Source: an uncultured Candidatus Peribacteria bacterium
GTDB lineage: Bacteria; Patescibacteriota; Gracilibacteria; UBA1369
Direction of reading: 5' to 3'
Assembly (NCBI GenBank): GCA_964360095.1
Contig: CAYHVY010000001.1
Span: 1-37,603, forward strand
Length of the DNA: 37,603 bases
Made by a program: the position numbers and the translations under genes. Below the pieces are notes generated by a model. The model worked only from the letters and a program-made list of their open reading frames with translations, had not been told where the DNA came from and searched no databases. Position 1 is the stretch's first letter, and every line of letters starts with the position of its first letter. Positions 16,168-24,530 of this stretch are shown here, one piece after another.

Positions 16168-18231
16168 ATGGCTAATATATATGCTGAAATTCTTTTATCA
16201 CGAAAAGTGGGAACAAATACCAACACTTTGACATACAGGGTGCCGGATGGACTTAAAGCTGTGCTTCAAAAAGGCAATATTGTCGGAATTGGCTTAAGAA
16301 ATAAGAAAACACGTGGTGTCGTAGCTAGTATTCATGAACATAAACCAGCATATGAAACGAAAGAGATTCTTGAAGTCGTTCAAAAGGCGGCGCACCTGAG
16401 TCCATGGCAGATTGAACTTCTTTTTTGGATGTCTGATTATTATTTTTGCCCTCCGCACAAGGTTTTAAAACTGTTTTTCCCAAATACGATCAGTCAAAAG
16501 AAAAAGCTGCCGCAGTGGCTGCCAAACGCGGAAGAAACACTATGTCAAAATCAAGGTAGGGAACAAAAAATTTTGTTCCCTACCTTGATTTTAACGACAG
16601 AACAGGAGCAGACCTTTGAAACCATCCTTAAAACGAACAAAAAAACCATTCTTTTGCACGGTATTACCGGTTCAGGAAAGACCGAAATCTATCGCCGGCT
16701 TGCGGCAAATCAAATTCAACAAAACAAACAAATACTGATTTTGGTACCGGAAATTTCATTGACTCCTCAAACTTTTCAGAATTTCAGGGAAGAATTTGGC
16801 AACGCGATTGCCCTTCTCCACAGCCAATTAACTGCAAAAGCAAAAGAAAAACATTGGTATGACATTTACCACGGTGAAGCAAAGATCATCATTGGATCGC
16901 GCTCGGCGCTGTTCGCGCCGTTCGCCGACTTGGGCATGATTGTGATGGACGAAGAACATGAATTTTCCTATAAACAGGACCAGTCGCCGCGTTATCATGC
17001 CCGGGATGTCGCTATAAAAATGGCTGAACTTTTAGGAATAAAATGTGTTTTAGGAAGCGCCACGCCTGCGCTGGAAACATATTACAACGCCGCTCAAGGC
17101 CACTATGAGCTGGTTACATTAAAACAACGCATACAAAAGCAAAACATTGTGACGCTGCCGGCGGTTACAATCATTGATCTGCGGGAAGAAATCCGCAAAA
17201 AAAACTTTTCCATTTTCAGTGAACTTCTCATCCAAAAAATAACCGAAAAACTTGAAAAACAAGAGCAGATCATTCTTTTTTTGAACCGCCGCGGCGCCGC
17301 CTGCGCCATCCTGTGCCGGGAATGCGGACATATTGAAAAATGCGACAACTGCGATGTGGCCATGACATATCATAAAAACTTAACGGTAGAGAGGGTGATT
17401 TTGCCAGCACAAAGGCTTATTTGCCATCATTGCGGAAGTATAAAAAACATTCCCCTGCTCTGCCCAAAATGCGACAGCGCTTTTATTCGCTACATTGGTC
17501 TGGGCACACAGCGCATTGAAGAAGAGATTAAAAAAATATTTCCAAAAGCGCGCATTTTGCGGGCTGACAAGGACACAACCAGCCAGCGCGGCAGCTTTGA
17601 AAAGCTTTACAATGCGTTTAAAAATCATGAGGCGGACATTCTTATTGGCACACAGATGATTGGTAAAGGCCTTCATTTGCCTCAGGTCAGCCTGGTTGGT
17701 GTTATTTTGGCTGATTTAAGCCTGACTATACCGGATTTTCGGAGCGCAGAGCGGACATTCCAGATTCTCACGCAGGTAGCGGGCAGAGCCGGTCGGGAAG
17801 CCAAAAAAGGCGAAGTCGTCATTCAGACTTATTTACCGGAAAATTATGCCATTCAAAAGGCAATAGAACACGATTATGCGGGTTTTTTTGAGGAGGAAAT
17901 GAAAGTCCGAAAAACGTTCGCGTATCCTCCAATAAATAAACTCATTAAATTGACTTTTATTGATAAAGATGCCAAAAAATGCCTACAGAAAGCCAAAAAC
18001 ATGCTGGACATTCTCAACGAAACCGTTCAAAAAAATGATCTGAAAAACGCCGTAACATCTATAACAAATTATCCAGCTCTGATTACAAGATTAAAAAATG
18101 AATACCGCTGGCATATCTTAATCACCGGCCAAAATCCTGCTTTGTTGCTGAAGGGTGTCTCTGAAAATGGATCAAAAATCCTGCATGATGTGGATGTAAG
18201 GATTGATGTAGATCCGACGAGTGTTGTGTAA
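16168..18231 (+). CDS. priA: Primosomal protein N' (replication restart helicase PriA)
   Basis: Walker A is GITGSGKTEIY and the DEEHE box is present. The Cys-rich zinc region reads CRECGHIEKCDNCD...CHHCGS...CPKCDS. Confidence 0.9.
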   Translation: MANIYAEILLSRKVGTNTNTLTYRVPDGLKAVLQKGNIVGIGLRNKKTRGVVASIHEHKPAYETKEILEVVQKAAHLSPWQIELLFWMSDYYFCPPHKVLKLFFPNTISQKKKLPQWLPNAEETLCQNQGREQKILFPTLILTTEQEQTFETILKTNKKTILLHGITGSGKTEIYRRLAANQIQQNKQILILVPEISLTPQTFQNFREEFGNAIALLHSQLTAKAKEKHWYDIYHGEAKIIIGSRSALFAPFADLGMIVMDEEHEFSYKQDQSPRYHARDVAIKMAELLGIKCVLGSATPALETYYNAAQGHYELVTLKQRIQKQNIVTLPAVTIIDLREEIRKKNFSIFSELLIQKITEKLEKQEQIILFLNRRGAACAILCRECGHIEKCDNCDVAMTYHKNLTVERVILPAQRLICHHCGSIKNIPLLCPKCDSAFIRYIGLGTQRIEEEIKKIFPKARILRADKDTTSQRGSFEKLYNAFKNHEADILIGTQMIGKGLHLPQVSLVGVILADLSLTIPDFRSAERTFQILTQVAGRAGREAKKGEVVIQTYLPENYAIQKAIEHDYAGFFEEEMKVRKTFAYPPINKLIKLTFIDKDAKKCLQKAKNMLDILNETVQKNDLKNAVTSITNYPALITRLKNEYRWHILITGQNPALLLKGVSENGSKILHDVDVRIDVDPTSVV
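16547..16592. repeat. 46-nt near-perfect palindrome (REP-like GTAG...CTAC hairpin) in frame inside priA
   Basis: AAAATCAAGGTAGGGAACAAAA-aa-TTTTGTTCCCTACCTTGATTTT has 22-nt arms. It encodes QNQGREQKILFPTLIL in the linker before the helicase Walker A. Confidence 0.8.
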
Positions 18232-18436
18232 ATGGCATCATATATTTTTTTATTTTAGAAAAACTTAATAAACAATTTAGAAAGAGTTCATAAAACGATG
18301 ATAGTGTGCGTAATGTCGTACGATGAAAAGGCTTGGTAGTAGGTTTGAGATTGAAGGTTGTCTTCTAATGATATGTCGTAAAAGGAGGAGACGAAAAAAT
18401 ATTGTACAAAAAATACAACTTAAAACAGAAAAATTG

Positions 18437-19003
18437 TTATTCCGCGGCATCCGGTTCAGAATACTCAACGCGCGGCGCTACATCAATAATAGTTTGAGGT
18501 GGTTTTAAGCTTCTTATAGGCTTTATTGGCTTTCTTGCGGCGCGCAGCTGTTTCACTAAGCCATTCAACGATTTGATACGGTCGGTTGTAAATGATGAGC
18601 CGTTCTGCGCTAGATAATTTAACAGCGCTAATTCAGCCATCAATGATTGTACCAGAAGATATTGTCGCTCAAACTGCCCCTTAAAATTTTCCGTAACCTG
18701 CAGGCCAGCATTGAACAAACGTTTTCTGTTTTTCAAAATATTATCAATAATATCCAATTGCTGTTTCGCGATTTCTAATTCCGACATGGCCGTTTTTCTT
18801 TCTATCGCCAAATGTCCATCCATGACGTTTAAATCACCACTGCTTACTGGATGACCGATAGCTGCTTCAATAACAAGAAACACAGCCTGCAATCTTTCAG
18901 ATTGAGAAACGGCATTGTCATTAGCGGACACGGCTAGTAATTGGAAAGTACCGCTTTCCTCTGGATCAAAATGATCATTATCTTCTGTTTTTGCGTCTAA
19001 CAT
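18437..19003 (-). CDS. Hypothetical protein
   Basis: The ORF is 188-192 aa, with an ATG at 19003 and a TTG at 19015. I recognise no motif. Confidence 0.5.
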   Translation of the reverse strand: MLDAKTEDNDHFDPEESGTFQLLAVSANDNAVSQSERLQAVFLVIEAAIGHPVSSGDLNVMDGHLAIERKTAMSELEIAKQQLDIIDNILKNRKRLFNAGLQVTENFKGQFERQYLLVQSLMAELALLNYLAQNGSSFTTDRIKSLNGLVKQLRAARKPIKPIRSLKPPQTIIDVAPRVEYSEPDAAE

Positions 19004-19157
19004 TGTATATTTCAAATTAAAAATTACACTCCGAGCAGTCTATAACATAACTTGTCAACTGTCAATGCTCTTTGGGGGACTTTTTTGGAGTTATTGCCTA
19101 AATTGTAAATATTAAAAATGACCGGATATTAAATAATTTCTAAATTCTTTATTAAAA

Positions 19158-20135
19158 ATGAAGAAAAGAATCCTTTCCGGCGCTCAGCCAAGCGGAACTC
19201 TGCATCTGGGAAATTACCTTGGCGCGCTAAAAAATCATGTTGAAATGCAAAAAGAATATGAGTGTTTTATCTTTTTAGCTGATCTGCATGCTCTTACGAC
19301 TGTGCGCGACGCGGCAAAACTTCGCCAATTCACGCTCTCATTAGCCATGGATTATCTTGCGCTCGGTATTGATCCCGAAAAAACCGTTTTTTTTAGGCAA
19401 AGCGATGTTTATCAGCATACTGAACTTGCCTGGATTTTCAGTTGCGTGACACCGATTTCGCTTCTTGAGCGGGCGCACGCGTATAAGGATGCAGTGGCCA
19501 AAAACATGAAGGACGCGACCGCCGGACTTTTTACATATCCCGTTTTAATGGCAGCCGATATTTTACTCTATCAACCGGATATTGTACCTGTGGGTAAAGA
19601 CCAAAAACAGCATGTTGAAATTGCCCGCGACATCGGCGGAAAATTTAACGATACTTTTGGACAGGTTTTTAAGCTCCCGGAGCCATATATTCCTGAAGAT
19701 GCCGGCTATGTTATCGGCACCGACGGCGAGCACAAAATGAGTAAAAGTTATGGCAATGTCATAGAAATTTTTGCCGACGAAGCGCTTCTTCAAAAACAGA
19801 TCATGGGAATTAAAACTGATTCTACCCCATTGGAAGCTCCAAAAGACCCATACAAAGACATCGTCTATAAACTGTATTCCTATCTGGGAACGAAAAAAGA
19901 ACAGGAAGCTCTGGCAAAAAAATATAAAGCAGGCGGTTTTGGTTACGGAGAAGCCAAAAAAATCCTTTTAGCAAAAATACTGGATTATTTCGGCCAGGCC
20001 CGTAAAAAAAGGTTTGAACTTCAAAAAAATTTGGGCTATGTTGAAAATGCATTACAGGAAGGTTCAAAAAAAGCGAAAAAAATGGCCGAAATAACGATGA
20101 AACGGGTAAAAGAAAAAGCTGGATTACTTTTATAA
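19158..20135 (+). CDS. trpS: Tryptophan--tRNA ligase
   Basis: GAQPSGTLHLGNYLG is the HIGH-type motif and KMSKS is present. The 325-aa length is typical of TrpRS. Confidence 0.9.
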   Translation: MKKRILSGAQPSGTLHLGNYLGALKNHVEMQKEYECFIFLADLHALTTVRDAAKLRQFTLSLAMDYLALGIDPEKTVFFRQSDVYQHTELAWIFSCVTPISLLERAHAYKDAVAKNMKDATAGLFTYPVLMAADILLYQPDIVPVGKDQKQHVEIARDIGGKFNDTFGQVFKLPEPYIPEDAGYVIGTDGEHKMSKSYGNVIEIFADEALLQKQIMGIKTDSTPLEAPKDPYKDIVYKLYSYLGTKKEQEALAKKYKAGGFGYGEAKKILLAKILDYFGQARKKRFELQKNLGYVENALQEGSKKAKKMAEITMKRVKEKAGLLL

Positions 20136-21758
20136 ATGATGAGAGAAACTAAGTATATTTTTGTCACGGGCGGTGTCTGTTCTTCCCTTGGAAAGGGCAT
20201 TGCCACCGCTTCTATTGGCGCTCTCCTCAAGGCTTCCGGATTTAAGGTCTTCACGCAGAAACTGGATCCATATTTAAACGTGGATCCCGGCACAATGAAC
20301 CCGTTTCAACATGGTGAAGTTTATGTATTGCAGGATGGCGCGGAAACAGATCTTGATCTTGGACATTATGAACGTTTTGTAGGAGAAAATCTCACCGAAG
20401 TTTCTTCCGTTACCACGGGGAAAATTTATTCACACGTAATCAGTGAGGAAAGGAAAGGCTCTTTTCTCGGAGGAACCATTCAAATTATTCCGCATATAAC
20501 CAACGCGATTAAAAAACGGATTAAGGATGCCGGCAAACAGAATGAAACCGACATTGTGCTCATTGAAATTGGCGGCACAACCGGCGACATTGAAGGACTA
20601 CCATATCTGGAAGCCATTCGCCAGTTGCGGCACGAATTGGGTCACAAAAACACGCTTTTTGTGCATCTTACCCTATTACCCTATCTCGCCGCTTCAAAAG
20701 AGCTTAAAACAAAGCCCACGCAGGCTTCCGTGCGTGAATTGCGCGCTACAGGTATTCAGCCTGATTTTATCCTTGCGCGCGCCGACTATCCAATTCAAAA
20801 AGAGCTTCTCAAGAAAATTGCTCTTTTTTGTGATGTGGATGAAGAATGCGTCATTCCGGCGCCAACTGTGGTTTCCATTTATGAAGTTCCGATTAAATTC
20901 CAGGAACATCATCTTGCGGAACTGATTGGAAAAAAACTTGATCTTGGAAACATAAAACCAGATCTGAAAGAATGGGAGGGATTGGTAACAAAAATTAAAG
21001 CAAAAAGAAGCAAAATCAAGATAGCGCTGGTGGGGAAATATACGGGCCTTGATGATTCTTATTTGAGTGTGGTGGAATCGCTAAAAATCGCATGCTACCA
21101 TCAAAAAAAAGACCTTGATCTTAAGTGGATTGATTCTGAAAAGTTGGAAAAAAATGATCCTTCAGCGTGGAAGCTGTTAAAAAGCGTTTCAGGAGTGATT
21201 GTACCCGGCGGCTTTGGCTTGCGCGGGATTGAAGGCATGATAATGACGGCAAAATATTGCAGGGAAAAACGCGTACCATATCTTGGACTTTGTCTTGGGA
21301 TGCAAATTCAAACCGTTGAATTTGCGCGGCACGTATTCAAAGATGAGCGTTACACCTCCGAAGAATTTGACGAACAGGATAAACTGCCGTCTGAATTTTA
21401 TGTGATCCATTTCCTACCCGGACAATATAAAGAGCGCGATAAAGGCGGAACGCTGCGTCTTGGAGCATATCCATGCAAATTAACCGGTGGCACAAAAACA
21501 TATCGCCTTTATAGGAAAAGCATTATTGAAGAGCGACATCGCCACCGCTATGAATATAACAATGCTCTTCGCAAAAAACTTGAAAAAGCCGGCCTCATAA
21601 CCGCGGGAATTTTCCCGAAAGGCAATCTTGTTGAAATTGTTGAATTGAAAAATCATCCATTCATGATCGGTTCACAGTTTCATCCTGAATTTTTATCACG
21701 ACCAAACGAGCCGCATCCCTTGTTTAAGGGTTTTATTGAAGCAAGCAGCGCGAAATAA
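20136..21758 (+). CDS. pyrG: CTP synthase
   Basis: N-terminal KYIFVTGGVCSSLGKG, GATase motif GLCLGMQ and HRHRYE are all present. The start codon abuts the trpS stop. Confidence 0.95.
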   Translation: MMRETKYIFVTGGVCSSLGKGIATASIGALLKASGFKVFTQKLDPYLNVDPGTMNPFQHGEVYVLQDGAETDLDLGHYERFVGENLTEVSSVTTGKIYSHVISEERKGSFLGGTIQIIPHITNAIKKRIKDAGKQNETDIVLIEIGGTTGDIEGLPYLEAIRQLRHELGHKNTLFVHLTLLPYLAASKELKTKPTQASVRELRATGIQPDFILARADYPIQKELLKKIALFCDVDEECVIPAPTVVSIYEVPIKFQEHHLAELIGKKLDLGNIKPDLKEWEGLVTKIKAKRSKIKIALVGKYTGLDDSYLSVVESLKIACYHQKKDLDLKWIDSEKLEKNDPSAWKLLKSVSGVIVPGGFGLRGIEGMIMTAKYCREKRVPYLGLCLGMQIQTVEFARHVFKDERYTSEEFDEQDKLPSEFYVIHFLPGQYKERDKGGTLRLGAYPCKLTGGTKTYRLYRKSIIEERHRHRYEYNNALRKKLEKAGLITAGIFPKGNLVEIVELKNHPFMIGSQFHPEFLSRPNEPHPLFKGFIEASSAK

Positions 21759-21764
21759 AACGTC

Positions 21765-21804
21765 TTTGTTGTAGAGCGCAGGCATGCCTGCGCTCTACAA
21801 CAAA
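21765..21804. repeat. Perfect 40-bp palindrome (GTAG...CTAC core) downstream of pyrG; possible terminator or REP-like element
   Basis: TTTGTTGTAGAGCGCAGGCATGCCTGCGCTCTACAACAAA equals its own reverse complement. The ATG at its centre is the track start (21784) of the next ORF. Confidence 0.8.
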
Positions 21805-21825
21805 ATTGCCAATCACCAATATCCC

Positions 21826-23223
21826 ATGCCAAATTTTCGCTATCAGGTAATCAATCCCGAAAATAAAGAACTTTCGGGTATCATCAACGCTCCGGATGAA
21901 AAAAGCGCCAGACTGGAACTAAATCAGCTTGGTTTTTCTATTATCACCATAGAAGATGTAGGGACCGAAACGCTAGAGGCGGGTCTGCAACCCGCCCCCG
22001 CCATTCCGCTTTTTGAATTTGCGGCGCTGGATAAAAATCAAAAACGCGTGGCCGGAACCATTCAGAGCGAAAACCTCTACAGCGCCTACAAAAGGCTTGT
22101 TAAAGAGTATGTTTTTGAAGTTGAGTATCTTTTTGACGCAGGAATAAAAGAAGAACAGAAAATTGCAGAAAAACAAAAAGGCGTTTTTGAAATGCAAAAC
22201 CGGCTGGATATGGAGGAATTCGCTGAAAAAAAGAAAAAAATGGGTAGTGAACTGGACATTCAGGCGTTTGAACGGCAACAGACTGTGCTTGCAGAGCAGG
22301 TTGGCTTTGTTCTGAAAAAAGTAAAGGAGATACTGGATCTTTACGAAACCGAAATAAAGCCGGAAACAAAAGAGAAAATACGCCGTTATGTGGATAAAAT
22401 TTTACGCATCAAAAACAGCACAAATCTTGATTATATCCGTAACACATGCGAAGAACTACTCACATTTATTCAAAAAGAAGAACTTTTTTTACATGAAGAT
22501 CTTCGGCGAAAAGAGCACACGAAACTGCTTCTAGAAGCCAAGGGTATGATGATGCAACTTCACCGCAGTAAATTGACGCCGCTGCCGAATATCAAAGAAT
22601 TGTTCATGAATTGGCGTCAGGAACACATACTGGACAATGAACAACCTAATACTTTTGAGCGATTTTTAAATTTTTTGATTGGAATATTGATCGGTTTTAC
22701 GCAGGAAAGCGCGGAAATATTGGAAATTCACCGTCGCGTCCGTGTGTTAAATCAACAGCTATGGCAATATATCATTCTTTATTTTCAGGATGTAAGTCCG
22801 GAATTTAAAAATGAAGCAAAATCAGGTTTTAAAAATCTTCTGCATGAACGAAAAAAACTTGTCCACCAGCTAAAAACCGTCCGTCAACAAAATAAACGCT
22901 CATCAGAATCCGCAACCAAATCGGACAGATGGGAAAATCTCAAACAGGAACTCCATGATGTCAGCGGATGGCTGCTTGCTTTTTACCTATGCTACTATTT
23001 TGCATCACTTTATTTGAACAATAAAAAAATGGGGATCGGCCCTTTGTCGGCCAATTTTGACATCCTCCGGTCATCTTTTCTGAAATATTTTTTTGCCATT
23101 CTTTTCCTTTTTCACGTTTCCCTTGCGGTTAAAATCAATTTTTTCAGACGCAGCGAAATAGCGACGTTTATCGTGACTCCCCTTTTTTTGCTCGGAAGCA
23201 TTCTTATTTTGCTCAATTTCTGA
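21826..23223 (+). CDS. Hypothetical membrane protein with two N-terminal PilC/GspF-N-terminus-like modules and 3 C-terminal TM segments
   Basis: FRYQVINPENKELSGIINAPDEKSARLELNQLGFSIITIE and FEFAALDKNQKRVAGTIQSENLYSAYKRLVKEYVFEVEYL resemble the extreme N-terminus of T2SS-F/PilC proteins. The ATG at 21826 is preferred because the track start lies inside the palindrome. Confidence 0.5.
   Translation: MPNFRYQVINPENKELSGIINAPDEKSARLELNQLGFSIITIEDVGTETLEAGLQPAPAIPLFEFAALDKNQKRVAGTIQSENLYSAYKRLVKEYVFEVEYLFDAGIKEEQKIAEKQKGVFEMQNRLDMEEFAEKKKKMGSELDIQAFERQQTVLAEQVGFVLKKVKEILDLYETEIKPETKEKIRRYVDKILRIKNSTNLDYIRNTCEELLTFIQKEELFLHEDLRRKEHTKLLLEAKGMMMQLHRSKLTPLPNIKELFMNWRQEHILDNEQPNTFERFLNFLIGILIGFTQESAEILEIHRRVRVLNQQLWQYIILYFQDVSPEFKNEAKSGFKNLLHERKKLVHQLKTVRQQNKRSSESATKSDRWENLKQELHDVSGWLLAFYLCYYFASLYLNNKKMGIGPLSANFDILRSSFLKYFFAILFLFHVSLAVKINFFRRSEIATFIVTPLFLLGSILILLNF
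21973..22001. repeat. Degenerate copy of the GAGLKPAPT-type hairpin element, in frame in a linker
   Basis: CTAGAGGCGGGTCTGCAACCCGCCCCCGC matches the minus-strand form of the 37170-37198 element at 21 of 29 positions. It encodes LEAGLQPAPA. Confidence 0.6.
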
Positions 23224-23265
23224 CATTGCCACGCTTTCGCGAGAACCAAACAATATCAAATAACC

Positions 23266-23300
23266 ATAATTCAAAATTTGAAATTCAAAATTAAAAATTT
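23266..23300. repeat. Five 7-nt units (ATAATTC AAAATTT GAAATTC AAAATTA AAAATTT) before the lgt start
   Basis: Read directly from the sequence. The tract ends 3 nt before the ATG at 23304. Confidence 0.7.
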
Positions 23301-23303
23301 TTA

Positions 23304-24089
23304 ATGTATCCAATCTTTCTCCAAATAGGACCGGTCACCATCTACGCGCTACAGGTGTTCATGTCCATCGGTTTTCTCATGGCTCTTCTCGTACTTAATA
23401 AATTGATTCAAAAAGACCGCGATAAATTGACTTTTATTGCCAATCATAGTTTTGGCATTTTTTTGGGAGGCTTGATAGTGTCACGACTGATTTTTGTTAT
23501 CCGAAACGTGAAAGTTTTTTTTACGCCTCCATTTCTTACTCATTTCGCGGAAATTTTTTATATTTGGGATAAAGGTCTTTCTCTTTGGGGAGGTTTACTT
23601 GGAATCATACTCATGCTCACATATTATTGCGGAAAGAAACGGCAAAATCTCCGATCATGGCTTGATATATTCGTCATAAGCGTAATGTCCGGACTTGTTT
23701 TTGGCAATATTGGAACATTTTTGGACGGCCGGAATTACGGACGTGAAACAGTGTTGCCCTGGGGAGTTCTTATGGAAAATTCACGTTACGCGGTTCCAAT
23801 CCATCCCGTGCAACTTTATGCCGTCATTTATACTCTTATTTTAACAATTTTTTTAATGAAGTTTTTAAAAAGCAATTTTGGTAAAACGGCTGGAAATACA
23901 GCTCTTATTGGCGGCACCATTTACGCGTTTTTACGTTTTTTGGAAGAATTTTTCCGCGGAGATGAAAGCAATTATTTTTTCTTTTTTCGGGAAGCTCAAA
24001 TATATGCAGCTATTGCTTTCATCGTTGGCTGTGTTTTAATGTATCGTAGAATCAAAAGTCAAAATATCCTCAAACATCAAGAAGTATGA
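23304..24089 (+). CDS. lgt: Prolipoprotein diacylglyceryl transferase
   Basis: The protein is polytopic and carries WDKGLSLWGGLLG, GRNYGRETVLPWGV and HPVQLYA motifs. Confidence 0.85.
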   Translation: MYPIFLQIGPVTIYALQVFMSIGFLMALLVLNKLIQKDRDKLTFIANHSFGIFLGGLIVSRLIFVIRNVKVFFTPPFLTHFAEIFYIWDKGLSLWGGLLGIILMLTYYCGKKRQNLRSWLDIFVISVMSGLVFGNIGTFLDGRNYGRETVLPWGVLMENSRYAVPIHPVQLYAVIYTLILTIFLMKFLKSNFGKTAGNTALIGGTIYAFLRFLEEFFRGDESNYFFFFREAQIYAAIAFIVGCVLMYRRIKSQNILKHQEV

Positions 24090-24499
24090 ACATCATAAAC
24101 ACCATATTGACATATTTTTTTGAGCCATTGCCAAGCGGCCGGTTTGAATATATGTATACCTTCATCGTCCTGGCGATTGTTATCCTCACTTTTTCTATCG
24201 CGCTTCGGCTTTATCTCAAAAGGCAAAAAGATGACAAGATCTTTAGAAAACTTTTTCGGGAATTGCCTGGAAAATTACAAATCATTAGCATCGTTCTTGC
24301 GGTATATATTCTTGCCAGGTATGAACGTATGCCATATTTATCCATGAGATTTTTGCATTACATCATTTGGGCGGTAATGCTTTATTTGCTTATAAAATAC
24401 GCAAAAATATACTTTCAAATATATCCGGCAGAAAAAAAACATCACCAAAAACAGCTTGAACTTAATAAGTATTTACCCCGGAAGATGGGAAGAAAGTAG
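24086..24499 (+). CDS. Hypothetical integral membrane protein
   Basis: It has 3-4 hydrophobic segments, and its start overlaps the lgt stop (ATGA). Confidence 0.5.
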   Translation: MNIINTILTYFFEPLPSGRFEYMYTFIVLAIVILTFSIALRLYLKRQKDDKIFRKLFRELPGKLQIISIVLAVYILARYERMPYLSMRFLHYIIWAVMLYLLIKYAKIYFQIYPAEKKHHQKQLELNKYLPRKMGRK

Positions 24500-24530
24500 T
24501 TAGGGCTTGTAAAAAATATTTATCTATAAG

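Noticed and set aside
18382-18388. Strong AAGGAGG Shine-Dalgarno-like sequences at 18382-18388 (+), and a second AGGAGG near 29508 (+).
   Set aside because: No start codon and ORF follow either one at a suitable distance on that strand.
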